A stretch of DNA of 64,000 bases from Acanthaster planci. Its lineage: Eukaryota. Of the stretch, positions 11,197 through 24,512 are shown piece after piece. The DNA is taken from the NCBI RefSeq assembly GCF_001949145.1, contig NW_019091358.1:1302961-1366960 (forward strand), read 5' to 3'. A program made the position numbers and the translations under genes. The first letter of the stretch is position 1; the number at the start of each line of letters is the position of its first letter. The notes under the pieces were generated by a model, which saw only the letters and a program-made list of their open reading frames with translations, had not been told where the DNA came from and did not search any database.

Positions 11197-14100
11197 GTCT
11201 GTATATTACGTTAAGCGTTATCTTTTCTCTCAGGTACCTAACAATGGTGTCAGCTCCATTTCCCCACCCTTCCCCAGGTACATGTGCTCCCAAGGTCTCA
11301 TCTTATCAGACACATTGTATGTCAGTGTTTGCACATGAACATTTCTAGGGATGGGGGATTTTGTCACTTTGAAGGTGGCAATCTCCACGTCTCATGTGGG
11401 ACTGCTCGATGGGGTGGGGGAAAGGGTGTGGAAGAAACGCCCACGATCAGGAAAGGGTTCCATACACAGATATCACTTGATACCCTGTCCACAAACCAAA
11501 GGAGAACGGTCTGCGTATTTCTGTTTTCCAAGTGCATGCTTCAATATTTTCCCTGCTAAATTTGACTTTTTAGGAGGTGTTTTTACTAGTTGATGGCTGA
11601 TAGACAAGTGCATGGGAAAATCAGTGATGTCCGTGGCCGGTATGGAACTTCTTCCAACAATGGATTGGCGCACAATCCCTCATGCACTTAGTTTTCTGCA
11701 TCTGCCAAGATATCATAGTTAAACCCTGAATCCACACACACAGGTGCATGTACATATGCATGTACGTTCACTCGGTGAGAGGTTCCATTGATCACTGCGC
11801 TACACTGTTGACCTCTATCATGAGGCAACTGTTCAAAGCAACGTAACCAAAGTGAGGCTGGAAGGAAAAACAGTCTGTTCCCTTTTTTCAGTATGTGAAG
11901 TAGTATTACTGTTGCCAATTGGTGTACAGGGAACAGGACAAACATAGCAGCATCATGATATAGATCTATAGGACACCGTTCTATTTGGTTATGATCTCTA
12001 CATCATGTACATTTATGACGTGCATGCACATGTACATGTTTATCCTTGCTCTGCCCTGACAACAAATTATGCATGAAGAGAAATATGCACATGCACATGT
12101 ACTTGTAGGACTGTTGTTGGACTTTGTACCTGCATCTCCCTCAGCTCATTCGCTGTAAAGTTCTCTTTTCAGATGTTATTTTTAGCCATGCGGAATCCTT
12201 TTTCAAGGTACAGTATCATTGGCAGCCTATGGGACTGTTAGGCATTCTATGTGTAATTGTGAATGGTAGAAACATGTTTCGTGTTCTTTTACATGTAGTT
12301 GCATATTGTCATATTCCCGATGGACATATTTAACCAAGTTTCTTATTGTTACATGCAGAAACCAACAGCACCGTCACCTTATGAGCAGAACCTCGCAGTT
12401 CTCAGAAAGTGAGTACCACAGTCCTCCTTAACCCCTTCACGCCGGGACCTGGCTAGAGCCGCCGTAAAAATTGAGATCCTCAGCCCGCTTTTCAACTATT
12501 ATTCTCGGCCCGCGCTTGAGCGAACATGGTGAAAGAAGGCAGACCCTGGCTTCTATATATGGTGATTGGCCTTTGTGTGTAGCCCAGAAATGAAAAGACC
12601 GAATTTGCATCATAATCACCAGCTTCACAGTAGTCCCCACTTTGAAAAGAGGCAACGGGAATGTGGAAGCATGAGTAGAGCCGCATGCCACCAAACAATC
12701 TGCCTTTTCACCGTGTAATTCAAAGCGTGCAGAGCACGCAGGGCCCAAAATCGAGAATTTGCGGTTTGGCAGGTGGCCTTCGTGGCCAAGCAAGGCTGGA
12801 ATTCTTGGAGTCGGCTTTTGGAAAGAAATTCCCATCGTCAAGGGGTTAACTAGCCGTAACAAGTAAACACATGACTTTCTGCTTGAATTATGAATTTGTT
12901 TGCTGATGTTTTTGCTCATTTGGGCAGCAATATCCCTGAAACTTTGACATGCTTCTCTCGCCAAAAGATGAATTTGCCGGACAAGGGGTTCTGTGCAGTG
13001 GAAATCCTTGGTAATAATTTTGCAGAGTTAAATATGCCAAGCCATCATTCAAATTGTAAAGCACAATTACAAAATGCTTTGTTTGTGCTAAATGTACAAC
13101 GCCCTTTTTAAAGTTGACCTCAACGCAAAGCAGTTGTCTTCATCAAAATGTTTGAGTGAATACAAAAGCGAAAGTCTTGACTCGCGTTTCTCCCCATGTT
13201 GTGGTTGGACACTTCACTCCATCCTCAGTAACTTTAAGTGTTGGAGGTTGTACCTGAGTCCTGAGCAAATATTTGTACACGTGTTCTTATTCATTTTTGT
13301 GAAGGCAGCAGAACCACAAGCAGCCATCCTTCAAAGTTCCGGTCAAGAAGGCCTACCGACAACCTCTGGTGATGTCAAACAAGCAAGTCAAGGTGTGTTT
13401 GTCATCCATCTTTCTCTTCTCGCATGCAGCTTGATTAATTAAAATCTGTTGATTGAAACAAGTTGTACGGCGTACGTGTACCTCATTTCTAACATTTCAT
13501 CCCCTGTCATGCTGATGGGCAGGTGAGGGGCCATTTTCTTAACTACGGTACTTGCTGACGGTATTAGTCCGCATTGTACATTTTCAGGTTGCAGTGGAAT
13601 TTTCAACCAAAATTAACCGACTTTGTAACATGACAAGATAGCACAACCACAGTCCTTTTAAAAAAGTTTGACCTTACAAATGCTTTAAAATCTATGTGGT
13701 CATTTGTTCAAGATATATGCAACACTATCGCTTTTTTGAAACTCCACGTTTCGTGTCGTGGAGTGATATTTGCCACGATGTCCTGCTGTAGCCCTGATCG
13801 TTTGAAGGCTCTACCACTGCTCAACCTTCTGCAGACTAGTTGCGTTTGTGTACAAAACCCAGTGTGGCAATGAGTATATATGTAGATGTCACTCTGCATA
13901 TCACACTACATGACCTGTACACGTGTACAGTGCTGAAGTAAATGTAAATAATCTTTTGCTAAGAAATGATATCAAAGTTAGAAACATGCCAATGAAGTAC
14001 CACTCACCTTCTGTTCTCTTAAGTGCAAAAGATTAAAGTGAAGTTAGTTCACAACTTAACTGTTGACAGATGAAATGCTCCGGAAGTCCTCTGTGCCTTT

Positions 14101-17100
14101 AACAGTTGTAGAACAGGTGCGTTGTAGAATTTTAGTCTCAAAGTAATGGGGTTATTTTGGGAGGAATTTGTTTTGCATATTTCTTGTGCTCACTGGTCAA
14201 GGTCCGAGTTTGCTCACAGGTGGTTTTTCTTTTAAAACGATGATTTCGAGAATGATAACTGAACTTAACCCAGTGCCTGACTAAATCATTTCCATCCTGT
14301 TCAGTCCTTAAGTAAGACATGTTTAATGCGAATGTGTCAAAGTACAAAGATGCGTTCCTGTATTACTGCCTGTTGCTTTCCCAAGTCAGAAGCAGATGTC
14401 GTCATTGCTTTTTAAATTTCATTTTAGCCTTCGGGACATGTTGCAAAAGGCCAGAAAGTGCCCTCTCCTACCAAGAAGGCAGCCCAACCTGCAGGGGGCT
14501 GCCATCCTAGCAGGGAAGACTTGATTAAGATGAGAGAGAGGGCCAACAAAGAGAATCTGCCCCCGCTGCAAGGAGGTAGAGGGGAGGCGTGCCCACCTGC
14601 GCCCCCACCCACCGAGGTCAGTGGTCACAAAGTGAAATGAGCAGTTTGTTGTCCAGTGCATCCAGGGCTGAATCTTGAGAAACGAACCACCCTCACTGGC
14701 ATGAAAAGAGTTGCACCGGAAGAGTAGGACGGTGATCAGTAATACAGTTAGAGAGGCTGGTACTGTAGTTGCACTGTGACACTCAGGCGTGTCCGTGAGG
14801 CGCATGTACATGTATCTCAGTAAGTTACAACACGGTATTGGTTGAAGAATCATGTGACACGTGTACGACACCTGACCAAATGCATGAAGCCAATCATCAC
14901 AGTAATGGCCCCTAATATGGGCATTTCACAATAGTGTGCCTCCAAGAGTTTGCGGCGTGTTGGCCAATCACAATACGTGAAATCTGTCGACCCAATGCAC
15001 GTTTGGAAAGGGTCGACAGATTTCTTGCAATGTGATTGGCCAACGCATTGCCAACTCTTGGAGGCACACAATTGTGAAGTGCCTGTATTCTGGTAGAAAT
15101 TACTCAAGTCCGGTCTGTACAAATGACTATTGATAAACTGTACTAAGAATGTTTCCCTTCCTGCTGAAGTTTTTTCCTAATTTGCTTTTCCCCTGAGTTC
15201 TGTGCTTGGCTGTTGGTCTTAGCTACCTTTGTTGAATCAGTGGTGCAGTTAGGGTGAAATTTGTGAGAGTGCACCCAAGGGTGCAATTTTTAAGGGGTAC
15301 TGAAAGCTAATTAACTGTGGGTTGTACATGTATATGGGTCGGGTACCTTTCCACATTTCAAATGAGGGGGCACTGACTTCCCCTGGGTGAATCCCCCTCC
15401 TTTTGACTCTGGGGATTTCTTGTCCTCAGACATAGGCCTGAACATGCATGGCAACGCAATGTACATGTACATGTATGCACACATGTGCTGCCACAACCCC
15501 TCCCCAATTATGCCATCGTAGTGAATCAATACTTTTTTAATGAAACAGTTTGATGCACAGATTTTGCTGGGTAATTCAAAGCACAGAGTACATGTTCTCA
15601 GGTTTTTACAAGCAGAAAGCATTTGCAGTGTCTGTACATTCAGCTTAATAGGCTACCTCAAAACACCAAACCTGTACCGAAGCCCATCTTTTAAGAACCA
15701 GAAATGGCAAACAGTGAGTCACGTCACAATGGTGCCCACGATTCAAAAATTAGGATTTGCATTTCTTTGATTGTATTTGTAGGGAAAGACGTTTGTGGTT
15801 GAGCCATGTGAATCTCTTTCCATATCGCAAAGTGATGTGTGCATACCACACAAAAGTGGGAAGTTAAACACTACGTTTCAGTTTCTGTAGAGTAGAATTA
15901 GGCAGTGAGTGATGCAGTCCATGACAAGTTCTTTCACGAGATCAGTCATATGCAAATGTAACAGGGAGAACAATGACAGAGGAATGCTTCCTTCACAGTT
16001 CATTTTAATAGCTTGTGACTTGGCTTACGATTGGATGACCTGTGACTTCAGATGGACTTGCGATGGGCTTGACTACAACACTGGCAGAGGGAGGCTTACA
16101 TTTGATTTTATTCACTTGCAATCTTTTTTCCAAAGTCTAAGCAAATCACTGTTTTTGGTTGTTTTGTTTTTTAAATTTTATTCATTTTGCTTGTTTTGTA
16201 ATGACAGCTTCTAGCTGGCCACAGCACTTTTGTGTCCATCATATCCAATCGTCAGATCCACCTCAATGCCGCCCTGACTTTCTGGAGGAAGAATCCTGGT
16301 GCCCTCGTCTCCTACCTCAACCGTACAGCTGACGATTCGGTTACCGTGGACGTACTGCCAGTTTTGACACTGAGGTATTGTCTATCACAGCGCTGCCATT
16401 TTAGGGGGAATTCAAGTTGTGTCTCAGGCCTTGCATATAAGTGAACCGACTCTCATTGTCACACATTTTAATAGGCGATATGAAATGTTTGTAAAAGCAT
16501 ATTTGAAGCAAGCCATCAAAGGTATGCTGCAGGACGAAAAATATGAGAAAAAGGCAAAGCCCACGTCTTGTACTGGAGCAACATGATAATGACGAATGTA
16601 CATGTACATGCAAAAGAATAACAGCACTTGCACAGGTGGTGACCTTTAGGCCATTTTGTCAAAGGATTCACAAGTTTACGCTAGAATTAGTTTCACTGTC
16701 TTAATTTACCCTGTGTGATGTTCACGTGGCTAACCAAAAACTTGCCTACAATGATAGGCGATCTCAGGAACAATGTGTGATATCATGATATCAGATGCCC
16801 TTTGACCTGACCCTTTTACTCACAGATCAGTGTACTAATTTCTTGAACACGGTATGTCTTTCATTTCAGTTTAGTACGTCAAACACTTCAGGTTAAGCAG
16901 ATATCAATGGGCGCCTGGCTGGAATTTCTCCCCACCCTTCACAGGCTGCTTGGCAGCAAATTTGCAGAGTGAGTACCATGACCCAAACATTGACTGGATG
17001 CTAAAATGTGGTCTCCTTGATTGATCCATGAAGTCCACCCCTCATGTGACCAGTCACAACAGTGATTTATGTCCCACTTGCCTGCCAAGGAAGTCTGACA

Positions 17101-20100
17101 TCCATGTGTGTGCAGTATGACAGACATAGATAACGCATGCAATATAGCGACCTTTAATCGACAACTGGTCAAGTCTCCCTGGTAATCAGTGCACAAAGCA
17201 TCCTCTTGGGTACCAGGCAACATTGACTAGTAGTTGACAGTTGCTGATCAAGCCTGGCTCTAGATTGGTCCACTGCAGTCTTGATCTTGATTGGTGTACT
17301 GATGAGACTTTGCAATCTAAGATTACTTGTAGCTGAGCCTGTTGAGTGCTGCTAATTTTGTTCCCAACTGTCCATATCAACCTGAAAACTGAGGGCAGTG
17401 CAAATTGTTCTAAGAGACCCACTTTAGGGAGTCAGTGGACACCTACTGGATGCAGTGCTGGGGCTCACGTACACATTATCGCCCAGAGTGGTCATTACTG
17501 ATTTTTATTTGAATGCGCATAAACCTGGAGCATCTTTCAAAGACAGAGATATTGTACATTTTTAATTACTCCAGGCATACGGAACATAATTATCCCTGAA
17601 TTCATGAGAGTTGTGAGTGAATTATTATATTGCACATGCTTCAGCAATTTACGTGACTTAACAGTTTGGATTTTTGATGATAGTAGAGGCAAGTGTTGTT
17701 TTGTGCAACTTCAATCTTTCCAGTCACACTTGTACATTTTGTGATTACAATGCAGCTACATAAAGGTATGTCTAGATCTGATACGGACGCTCATCCGACA
17801 CTGGTCTAAAGAGTTAGAAGAGCAGAAGTGTCCACAGAATGCAGCAAACCTCCTTCAAAGCCAGTAAGTGAAATTCCACTTTAAGCCCTTAAGGAGGTGT
17901 AACGAATTGTAGGGTCAAGGGTTCAAATCCTACAGCTGGTTTAATAGAGGTTGTGACTTCGGGCAAGTTACTTTACCTGCATTGGTCTCCAAGCAGGGTA
18001 TAAATAATACCTGTGAGGACAGAGATGGTTGTTAATTGATTAGCCATTAGTGAATGAACCTGTACCTAAGGAAATGGCAGCAGGAATCTGTGTACTCCCT
18101 AGGGGGCTAGAAATGTGTATAGGCCCGGTCAACATGTACATGTATAATTCGCTCTTTGCGCACTGTCGCCATAGGCATGCAGAGCCTCGATCTGGCAGCT
18201 TGAAACAATAGATATAGCCAGATCAGTGATTCCCGTGTATGTTGCATGTCATTTTGCTTGTGCTCCGTTACTTCTTATACTGTGCAATTGGACAAAGTGA
18301 TTCTGACGCGATAGTACAAGCTGCCAGTTCCAGGCTCTGCATGCCTATGGCGGCAGCATGCAAAGAGCAAATAATGATGCACAACCTTGAGCATCAATCG
18401 TGATGGATGTGTGTGCTTTATAAATACCTATTAGTATTATTAAAACGTTTTTGAAATGAGACTGACACTTAAGTTTGGCGCTCTTTGAATTGCAGATACT
18501 GTGAGATGCCGTGCGCGTTATAAATAATTTGATACTTTATTAGTATCACGTGTATGTTTGAGTGTTTTTTTCCAAAACTTGCTTTTCCAAAACAAAAATT
18601 CTTGACATGTAAAAACCCGTGAAATTCCCAAATGAGCATAACTGAACTCAAGTATCTACATGTAAATTGGGAGGCAGAATAAGCAAGTTCGGTATGCAGA
18701 CAGCACATGTTCAAACTGAAGTGCGTTGAGGTCATTTGAGAACATTTGCACATGTACCTGCACATGTGGGAAATGTTCTGTCAGGAGAGCTGCATGCAGA
18801 CTCATGCACTGAACATGTTTGATCTGGCGTGACCGTGACATCGGGTGCTCTGTTTAAAAAATCACCTTTGAAACACTGAGCTGGCTTGTTGAGGCCTGCA
18901 CGTGTACGTGTGAACTCTCTCCATAATTTGTTTGAAAACTTTAAAGATGAAAAGTTTGGAGACCATTCATTCCATTTTGCAGGAGTGTCTCTGGAATCTA
19001 CAGTGGCCTGATTTCCATGTCAGATGCTGTGAATGCGTTAGCACAGAGGAAAGGGAGTGTCGGCAAAAAAGCTAAGGTACAAGTCATCCGTATCGTTGAT
19101 TATTAGAGGTCAAAAGGTTTTACCTGTAAAAATACAGTGCCATATCAGTAAAGATAATAGACATGGACTGAATTTGTTTCAGGAGGGGTCAGGACTTGTT
19201 TGAGAGGGGGGGTGCAGAGTGTGGTGGAAGGGGATTAGTTCTGAGGTGTTTTTAGGTGATTTGATTTCCTTAACTTCCCTTTTTATTTCTCTGTCATTTT
19301 TCTGTCTTTCCCTTTTTAAAAGTTTTCCTGTTGAGGGAAAGCACCCCCACCTGACGCCCACTGCCAAAATACATGCAGCAGTTGTAAATGCTGTTCTCAA
19401 GAAGATGACTCTTTTTTTATTCCAAGCTCCCTCTGTGATCTTACCTGGGAACTTTCTTTTCCTCTGAACAAATTTTCCATTCTGCCGGAAACCAATGCCA
19501 CATTCTTTGTCTGTGCAAACATATTCTGACATGACCACTGTCTGACCACTTTCTGAGTGCAATGTCATGCAGTGAGCTAGCTCTGCCTTTTCCGTCGTAC
19601 CAGATCCTCCAAACTTTCCAGGGGACTTTTAAGAATTGGGATCGTTGAAGATGGGGGGCAAGACTTCCTCTTTTTGTTGTGTCTTTGTTCGCATTACTCG
19701 CCAACTGTTCAATAGCGAAGGTTTGTCGCTCACCTCGCTTCACTCACCAACGTACATGTACATGTACCTTACAAGCACAGCATTTTTGAATCATTCAAAC
19801 ATTTAAAATTTAGTCATTTAAAATTGTACTGAATCATGAGAAACGCCAAAGGAAATAAGTAATTTACTTGGTACAATATACGATATATGTGTATACACCC
19901 AAAGTTTAGTAAGCGAATGAGTTTGAGCATTGTGTCCACCAGAGTTGAAGCACACCCTCACTGGCAAGGAAGAGACAGGCTTGTTGGAAATTTTTCAACT
20001 GGGCTCATGCATGTGCCCTACACATGCACGATAATGATACATCTAAACAGAAGCTGGTCACGTGTACTTAGTGTGTGCCCAACGCCCAATGCACATCTTG

Positions 20101-20300
20101 CACATGTGCATAGTGAGCTCCCACCAAAGGACCTTCACTGCTGTGTAAAACCACACCCGCTCCTGTTGCCACTCGGAGTGGACGGCAAACTCACCCCAAC
20201 CTGAACTTCTACAGTGAGACACACAATCTGTAATGTTATACTGCACTTTCTACCTTTCTGTTTTTATCAGGTTGTTAAAGAACTTCTTGACAAGCTGTGA
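11071..20300 (+). CDS. KATNBL1: Katanin regulatory subunit B1-like 1, whole coding span, 9 exons, about 316 aa
   Basis: Exons 11071-11196, 12359-12408, 13305-13392, 14428-14616, 16208-16374, 16870-16968, 17756-17863, 18983-19076, 20271-20300. All GT-AG and phase-consistent (951 nt). The C-terminal half matches the katanin con80 domain as I recall it from KATNBL1 (RQIHLNAALTFWRK, VTVDVLPVLT, ISMGAWLEFLP..LLGSKF, HWSKEL), and the ANKEN motif is shared. Confidence 0.9.
12359..12408 (+). CDS. KATNBL1: KATNBL1 coding exon 2 (KPTAPSPYEQNLAVLR)
   Basis: tgcag acceptor, gtgagt donor; phase fits both neighbours. Confidence 0.7.
12432..12845. mobile_element. Non-autonomous piggyBac-like element
   Basis: TTAA at 12428-12431 and 12846-12849; ends CCCCTTCACG / CGTCAAGGGG. 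Confidence 0.75.
13305..13392 (+). CDS. KATNBL1: KATNBL1 coding exon 3 (QQNHKQPSFKVPVKK...KQVK)
   Basis: Pyrimidine tract plus gaag acceptor, AAG|gtgtgt donor; open in the required frame. Confidence 0.7.
14428..14616 (+). CDS. KATNBL1: KATNBL1 coding exon 4 (contains ANKENL)
   Basis: ttttag acceptor, GAG|gtcagt donor, 63 codons. Confidence 0.82.
14920..15083. mobile_element. Hairpin MITE
   Basis: ggcatttcacaat..gtgcctccaagagtt..gttggccaatcaca..gaaatctgtcgaccc versus its reverse complement. Confidence 0.75.
16208..16374 (+). CDS. KATNBL1: KATNBL1 coding exon 5 (LLAGHSTF...LNAALTFWRK...VLPVLTL)
   Basis: Strong con80-domain similarity; acag acceptor, gtattg donor. Confidence 0.92.
16870..16968 (+). 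CDS. KATNBL1: KATNBL1 coding exon 6 (QISMGAWLEFLPTLHRLLGSKFA)
   Basis: tttcag acceptor, gtgagt donor; con80 similarity. Confidence 0.9.
17756..17863 (+). CDS. KATNBL1: KATNBL1 coding exon 7 (YIKVCLDLIRTLIRHWSKEL...)
   Basis: tgcag acceptor, gtaagt donor. Confidence 0.88.
17905..18445 (+). mobile_element. tRNA-derived SINE interrupted by a MITE
   Basis: B-box ggttcaaatcc, core cttcgggcaagttactttacc, 3' tail gctttataaatacctattagtattatta. Confidence 0.55.
18147..18372. mobile_element. MITE with TIRs of about 60 bp
   Basis: attcgctctttgc..cgccataggcatgcagagcct..ctggcagcttg versus caagctgccag..aggctctgcatgcctatggcg..gcaaagagcaaat. Confidence 0.75.
18983..19076 (+). CDS. KATNBL1: KATNBL1 coding exon 8 (SVSGIYSGLISMS...GSVGKKAK)
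   Basis: ttttgcag acceptor, AAG|gtac donor. Confidence 0.85.
20271..20300 (+). CDS. KATNBL1: KATNBL1 last coding exon (VVKELLDKL*)
   Basis: Long pyrimidine tract plus atcag acceptor, TGA stop. Confidence 0.82.
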   Translation, partial: VVKELLDKL

Positions 20301-20959
20301 ATGCTAGCGGTGAATGCCCAAGGCTGGCTGCTACAGGTATATGCACTCTTAATGGTACTTGTTGAGCTTGATCCTAGAAGAGCCGAGCGGATCTTCCCCC
20401 AGCCCCTCAACATTCTCTCAAATACATGTACAAGGCAGGAACTTGGTTCCTGAAGGGGCAAGGCAATTTCTCCTTTGCAAAGGGTACTTGTATTGGAAAA
20501 CAAACTTGTCCGAGGGAACATTTCAATGTGCAGTACGGCAAACACTGGGGGAATCAGGGCCATTGCCGTCAAACCCCCCCCCCCGCAAAGTTCCTGCCTT
20601 GCAGATATCACATGCTGAATCCAAAGGAGTTGTTCTGACACCAACTGTGTGAGATTTGGGACATGCCATTCTCATGTAATGCAGTGTCTGAGACAAGTCC
20701 GCCCAAATTGCATACCATTCTTTTTCCATTGATGTGCTCAATGCGTGATGTCCGATGCCCTTGATCCAATAAACATCAAATTCTTCAGTCAGATTAAACT
20801 GAAACTTCAAATTTGTCCTGATGATGGGTGTCTTTACATGCATGCCGAGTTACAAAGAGATCGGAATGTGACAGCTTGGTTTTAAGAGGGAGGTAAAATT
20901 CCCTCCTGCCATTCATCAAACTTGCGCCAGTGAAAAGATGATTATGTATGAATATAAAG

Positions 20960-21145
20960 ACGACAATGAAGGAATGTTCGGTTTTAATGGAGGGAGGAAA
21001 ACCCCACAAACTGTTTTTATGGGGAAGCCCCACTGAACCAGGTAAGGACAGAAAACTAGTCCACACACTGACCTAAACGGGACTCGAACCTCTGGTTGTA
21101 GAGACGGAAGGGAAAGAAAATACAGTCATGCCAACCTGACTCCCA
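20960..21145 (-). mobile_element. Degenerate tRNA-derived SINE, reverse orientation
   Basis: On the minus strand, B-box ggttcgagtcccg and core ggttttcctccc, related to the SINE at 10280. Confidence 0.5.
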
Positions 21146-23645
21146 AATCAAGTGTTATCATTTGGTCTTGTTGACAACATCAATGGAAAGTTGTAAGAAG
21201 CCTCTACCGGTACCTTTGTACATGAATTAATCCCAGTATCTTGTATGTGTATTGTGTACCTGTATTTACTCCCTTGCGAGGCACCTGTCTATTGGTGTGT
21301 ATTTATGGGTAGTACAGGAAGTTCAGGAACCAGGTACTCTATGGTACCCAGAGATACCCATGAAAAGAACCGGTTCTTGGCATCATTGGTCAGGTATCCG
21401 GTTCTAGTGCACAGCCCTAAATGTGCCAGACCATAGAATTGATCAATAGATTAAAATGGCAGGTTGTTAATGAAATTTCTCTCCAGTTTTGGGTACTGTA
21501 CCGTACTGTAACATCATTACTCAGTGTATAGAAAACAAATTATACATGTCGCTTAGTCATTCAACAAGTCAAGTATTTGTTGTTTCAGTTTGGATGTTCC
21601 AAACTACGTAGGACATCCTATTTTTTAATGGTATCTTGATACATCAACACTTCCCATATGGGAGGATAAAGCCATCGTAGTAACAGTTTAGTACTAATGT
21701 ACATGAATAACCACTATGCTGGCAAGTGCTCGTGCCTGTAAGTATGCTAACTTCAAAAATCCGTCCACTGTTTGACTTAAACCAAGAGCAGCTGTAAATA
21801 TTGTGACGCCAGTGTGGTACATTACCTCAGCTTGGTGTCACTCTCACCTTCACAATTTGAGCACTGTACTGTCAACCAGATGAGAATTCTATGAAAAAGG
21901 ATCGTCTCATTAGCACATGTTAAAAAATAACTACCGGTACTTTTGTGTTAAATTCTTCACTGACCATCTGCAGTGTATGTTCCGGGATCTATGTGTAAGC
22001 CCTTCGGGCGAGGCCTGATTTTAGGCTTGGTTTTCCTCATTTTAGATGACAATTGGCACCGTGACTGTACTGTACATTGTGCATAAACATTTTCTGGTAT
22101 TTTAGACAAAAAATGTCAGGCCTACTTGTACTTCTAAATTACGTCTCTTTTTACATTGTATATGTAACATTTCTAGAACAAGGTACATATTTTCTCGATC
22201 ATTATTATGACAGCAAAATAAATACTACAATAAATTTTGTTTAAGTTTTAACAGATGCACACTTCAGTATTATGAGTACAAAATTAAACGACATTCAAAT
22301 GAAATTGGAACCTTACAAAACATTCTTGGAAAAACATTTTTCTTTCTACTCTTCCTCCTGTTTGAATCAAATTTATCACTTTAATTTTTCACCTGTCTAT
22401 TAAAAATTATGATAAACTTGAAAGTCAGACTTTATGGGTCCAATGAATAGCACTGATTCACAGTACACATCACATCCTTTGTTCATACGTGAACACAAAA
22501 AGGTCTAGTTACAACTGAGGGTTCAGCATCGATACAGGTACATAGTGATGCATCATTCCATCCGCTACAGTGCTTTGATGTGGCTTGACGATGCAGAAAC
22601 TAAGATCAATGGGAGGTGACAAACAGAAGAATTTTTCTCATTGCAGCATCCCATGCCGTGATGGGAATTGAGGGGATGCAAGATTTGATTTTGAAAGGAT
22701 GGACAGAGAACCACAAGTAATGAATGCACCAAGAGTTGCATGATGTCAACCCTCCACCCACAATGCAATGCACACCTCTGCTGACTCGTATGTGCCCTTT
22801 AATGTCAGTGAAACGACGGTGCATGTATTGTCTGTCGCTCCTACAGAATTAGATTGAAGCTGAACTACTCGTACAAGTACATTTTAAGAAGGAACTTTGC
22901 ATGCACAGACCTCTCAAAATGAGATCTCACTGGTCATGACTCTTCGGGTGCCTTTCCATATAATATGTACGTCTTTATGGTGCGTTGCGTACATGATAAT
23001 TCATGTGCTTCACTTTCATGGACACACAAATCGACTCCATTGACATAACCAGTCGCTCCTTGAACGATTCTGACGGATACGTGCTGCTTGGCACAGGTGT
23101 TGACACGCATATGGAAAGATGCTTTTATCCTGGTTACATTATGAGTTGATTAAAGCCAGTGCTTGCAGCTAGTCTGACTGAAGTAAATGTGTATTTTTCA
23201 GCATGTTTTTCACGTCCCTTGATGCACAAATCTCTTGTTTTTGCTCTTAATTCTTTCAACTTGATGCACAAATCTCTTATTTTTGCTGTTTAATACATGT
23301 ATTTCTTTCAACTTGGTCCGAATGCCATTCTAGATGGGGGAATTGCACTGTGAATAAAAAACATATGTCGGCCTTCAGGCATACAGAACTTCTGCAATCC
23401 TTAATTTGAGGACCCCTCTAATTTGCACGTGTCATATAAATGTCTTTCACCGCCAGAATTGGTACATGTAGAAATGTCACATTGTTTAGCAAATGTTCTC
23501 CCCACAATGACTCAGTCTTGTCCTCGTAAGAAAGGGGTGACTTCCTGAGGCCACAAAGGTCATTTTGGACTCACAATATTTGTTACAAGTTTTAAACGCG
23601 AAACAAAACTGAAGGGGTGTCCTAAAAGTAAGGATTGCCTGTACA

Positions 23646-24512
23646 TCAATCTTGATGGTTTATTGGTAGCTTCGTTATGCCCTCATACATTCCAGAGCCA
23701 TATTGGGGCAGAGGCACGGGAAATAACACTCCCAAGAGCCAGTACTTTCCTAGCGTGTCCGTGAAATTCTCCCAGATAGAGGTATCTGTTCCCCTCTCCC
23801 CATTGATGGCCTCATGGGTGGTCAGTCCCATCACCACAAGGAACATGTGCCAGACGAAGAAACCCAGCCCTGCCAGCGCTCCCGTCAGGCAGATGTACAG
23901 GAACAGGACCAGCAGTAGCTCGTGCAATCCCGCCAAACCCAGCAGCCACCGCTCGATGGACGACGGCAGCAGCGTGAAGAAAGTGAACGCCCCCCAAAAC
24001 TTGGTCCGGAACGACACGTGCATGTACATGGCCGTGGTCAGCAGGGCGTACACCGAGACCAGGGCCGTATGCAGCGAGCAGTAGATAAAGTACTTCTGGT
24101 TGTGGTAGCCGACGCACTTTCCCAGGACGAAGCAGTGGTGGTCCCGCTTCAGGACGCACTGGTCGCACACCTTGCAGTAATGGGCGCGGAAGGGAATCAT
24201 AGGATAGCGGTTGGCACTTCGGGCAGATATGCGACGGCGCTTCTTCAAGCGGACGTCACAGGATGAGGCCAGCAAATAGTTCCCCATGGCATTGACGAAA
24301 AGATACAGGAGTAGCAGTTGAAGGCTGACAGCGGAGACTCCCAGAGCACGGGACAGCTCCGGCAATATGACAAACCACTCCAAGATGGCACCCAGCGTGG
24401 TGACAGTCATGTAATAGCTGACACCAATTACATTCAAAGCGGTTGTAACTGGCGTGCCAAGACTCCTTGAAATCCAGTTGTCGGTTTGTTTCAGTCCATC
24501 CGCACTGCCCAT
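23646..24512 (-). CDS. ZDHHC22: DHHC palmitoyltransferase, ZDHHC22-like, 288 aa, uninterrupted CDS
   Basis: RAHYCKVCDQCVLKRDHHCFVLGKCVGYHNQKYF, four hydrophobic TM segments, TTHE (TTxE) motif. FTLLPSSI and the missing N-terminal CxxC resemble vertebrate ZDHHC22. gagaaaATGg start. Confidence 0.88.
   Translation of the reverse strand: MGSADGLKQTDNWISRSLGTPVTTALNVIGVSYYMTVTTLGAILEWFVILPELSRALGVSAVSLQLLLLYLFVNAMGNYLLASSCDVRLKKRRRISARSANRYPMIPFRAHYCKVCDQCVLKRDHHCFVLGKCVGYHNQKYFIYCSLHTALVSVYALLTTAMYMHVSFRTKFWGAFTFFTLLPSSIERWLLGLAGLHELLLVLFLYICLTGALAGLGFFVWHMFLVVMGLTTHEAINGERGTDTSIWENFTDTLGKYWLLGVLFPVPLPQYGSGMYEGITKLPINHQD

Noticed and set aside
12437..12964. 175-aa minus-strand ORF in a KATNBL1 intron
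   Set aside because: It overlaps a non-autonomous TTAA element and has no transposase motifs.
23677..24266. Antisense and alternate-frame ORFs over the ZDHHC genes (also 28427-29289)
   Set aside because: Expected shadows of GC-rich coding sequence; no recognisable protein.
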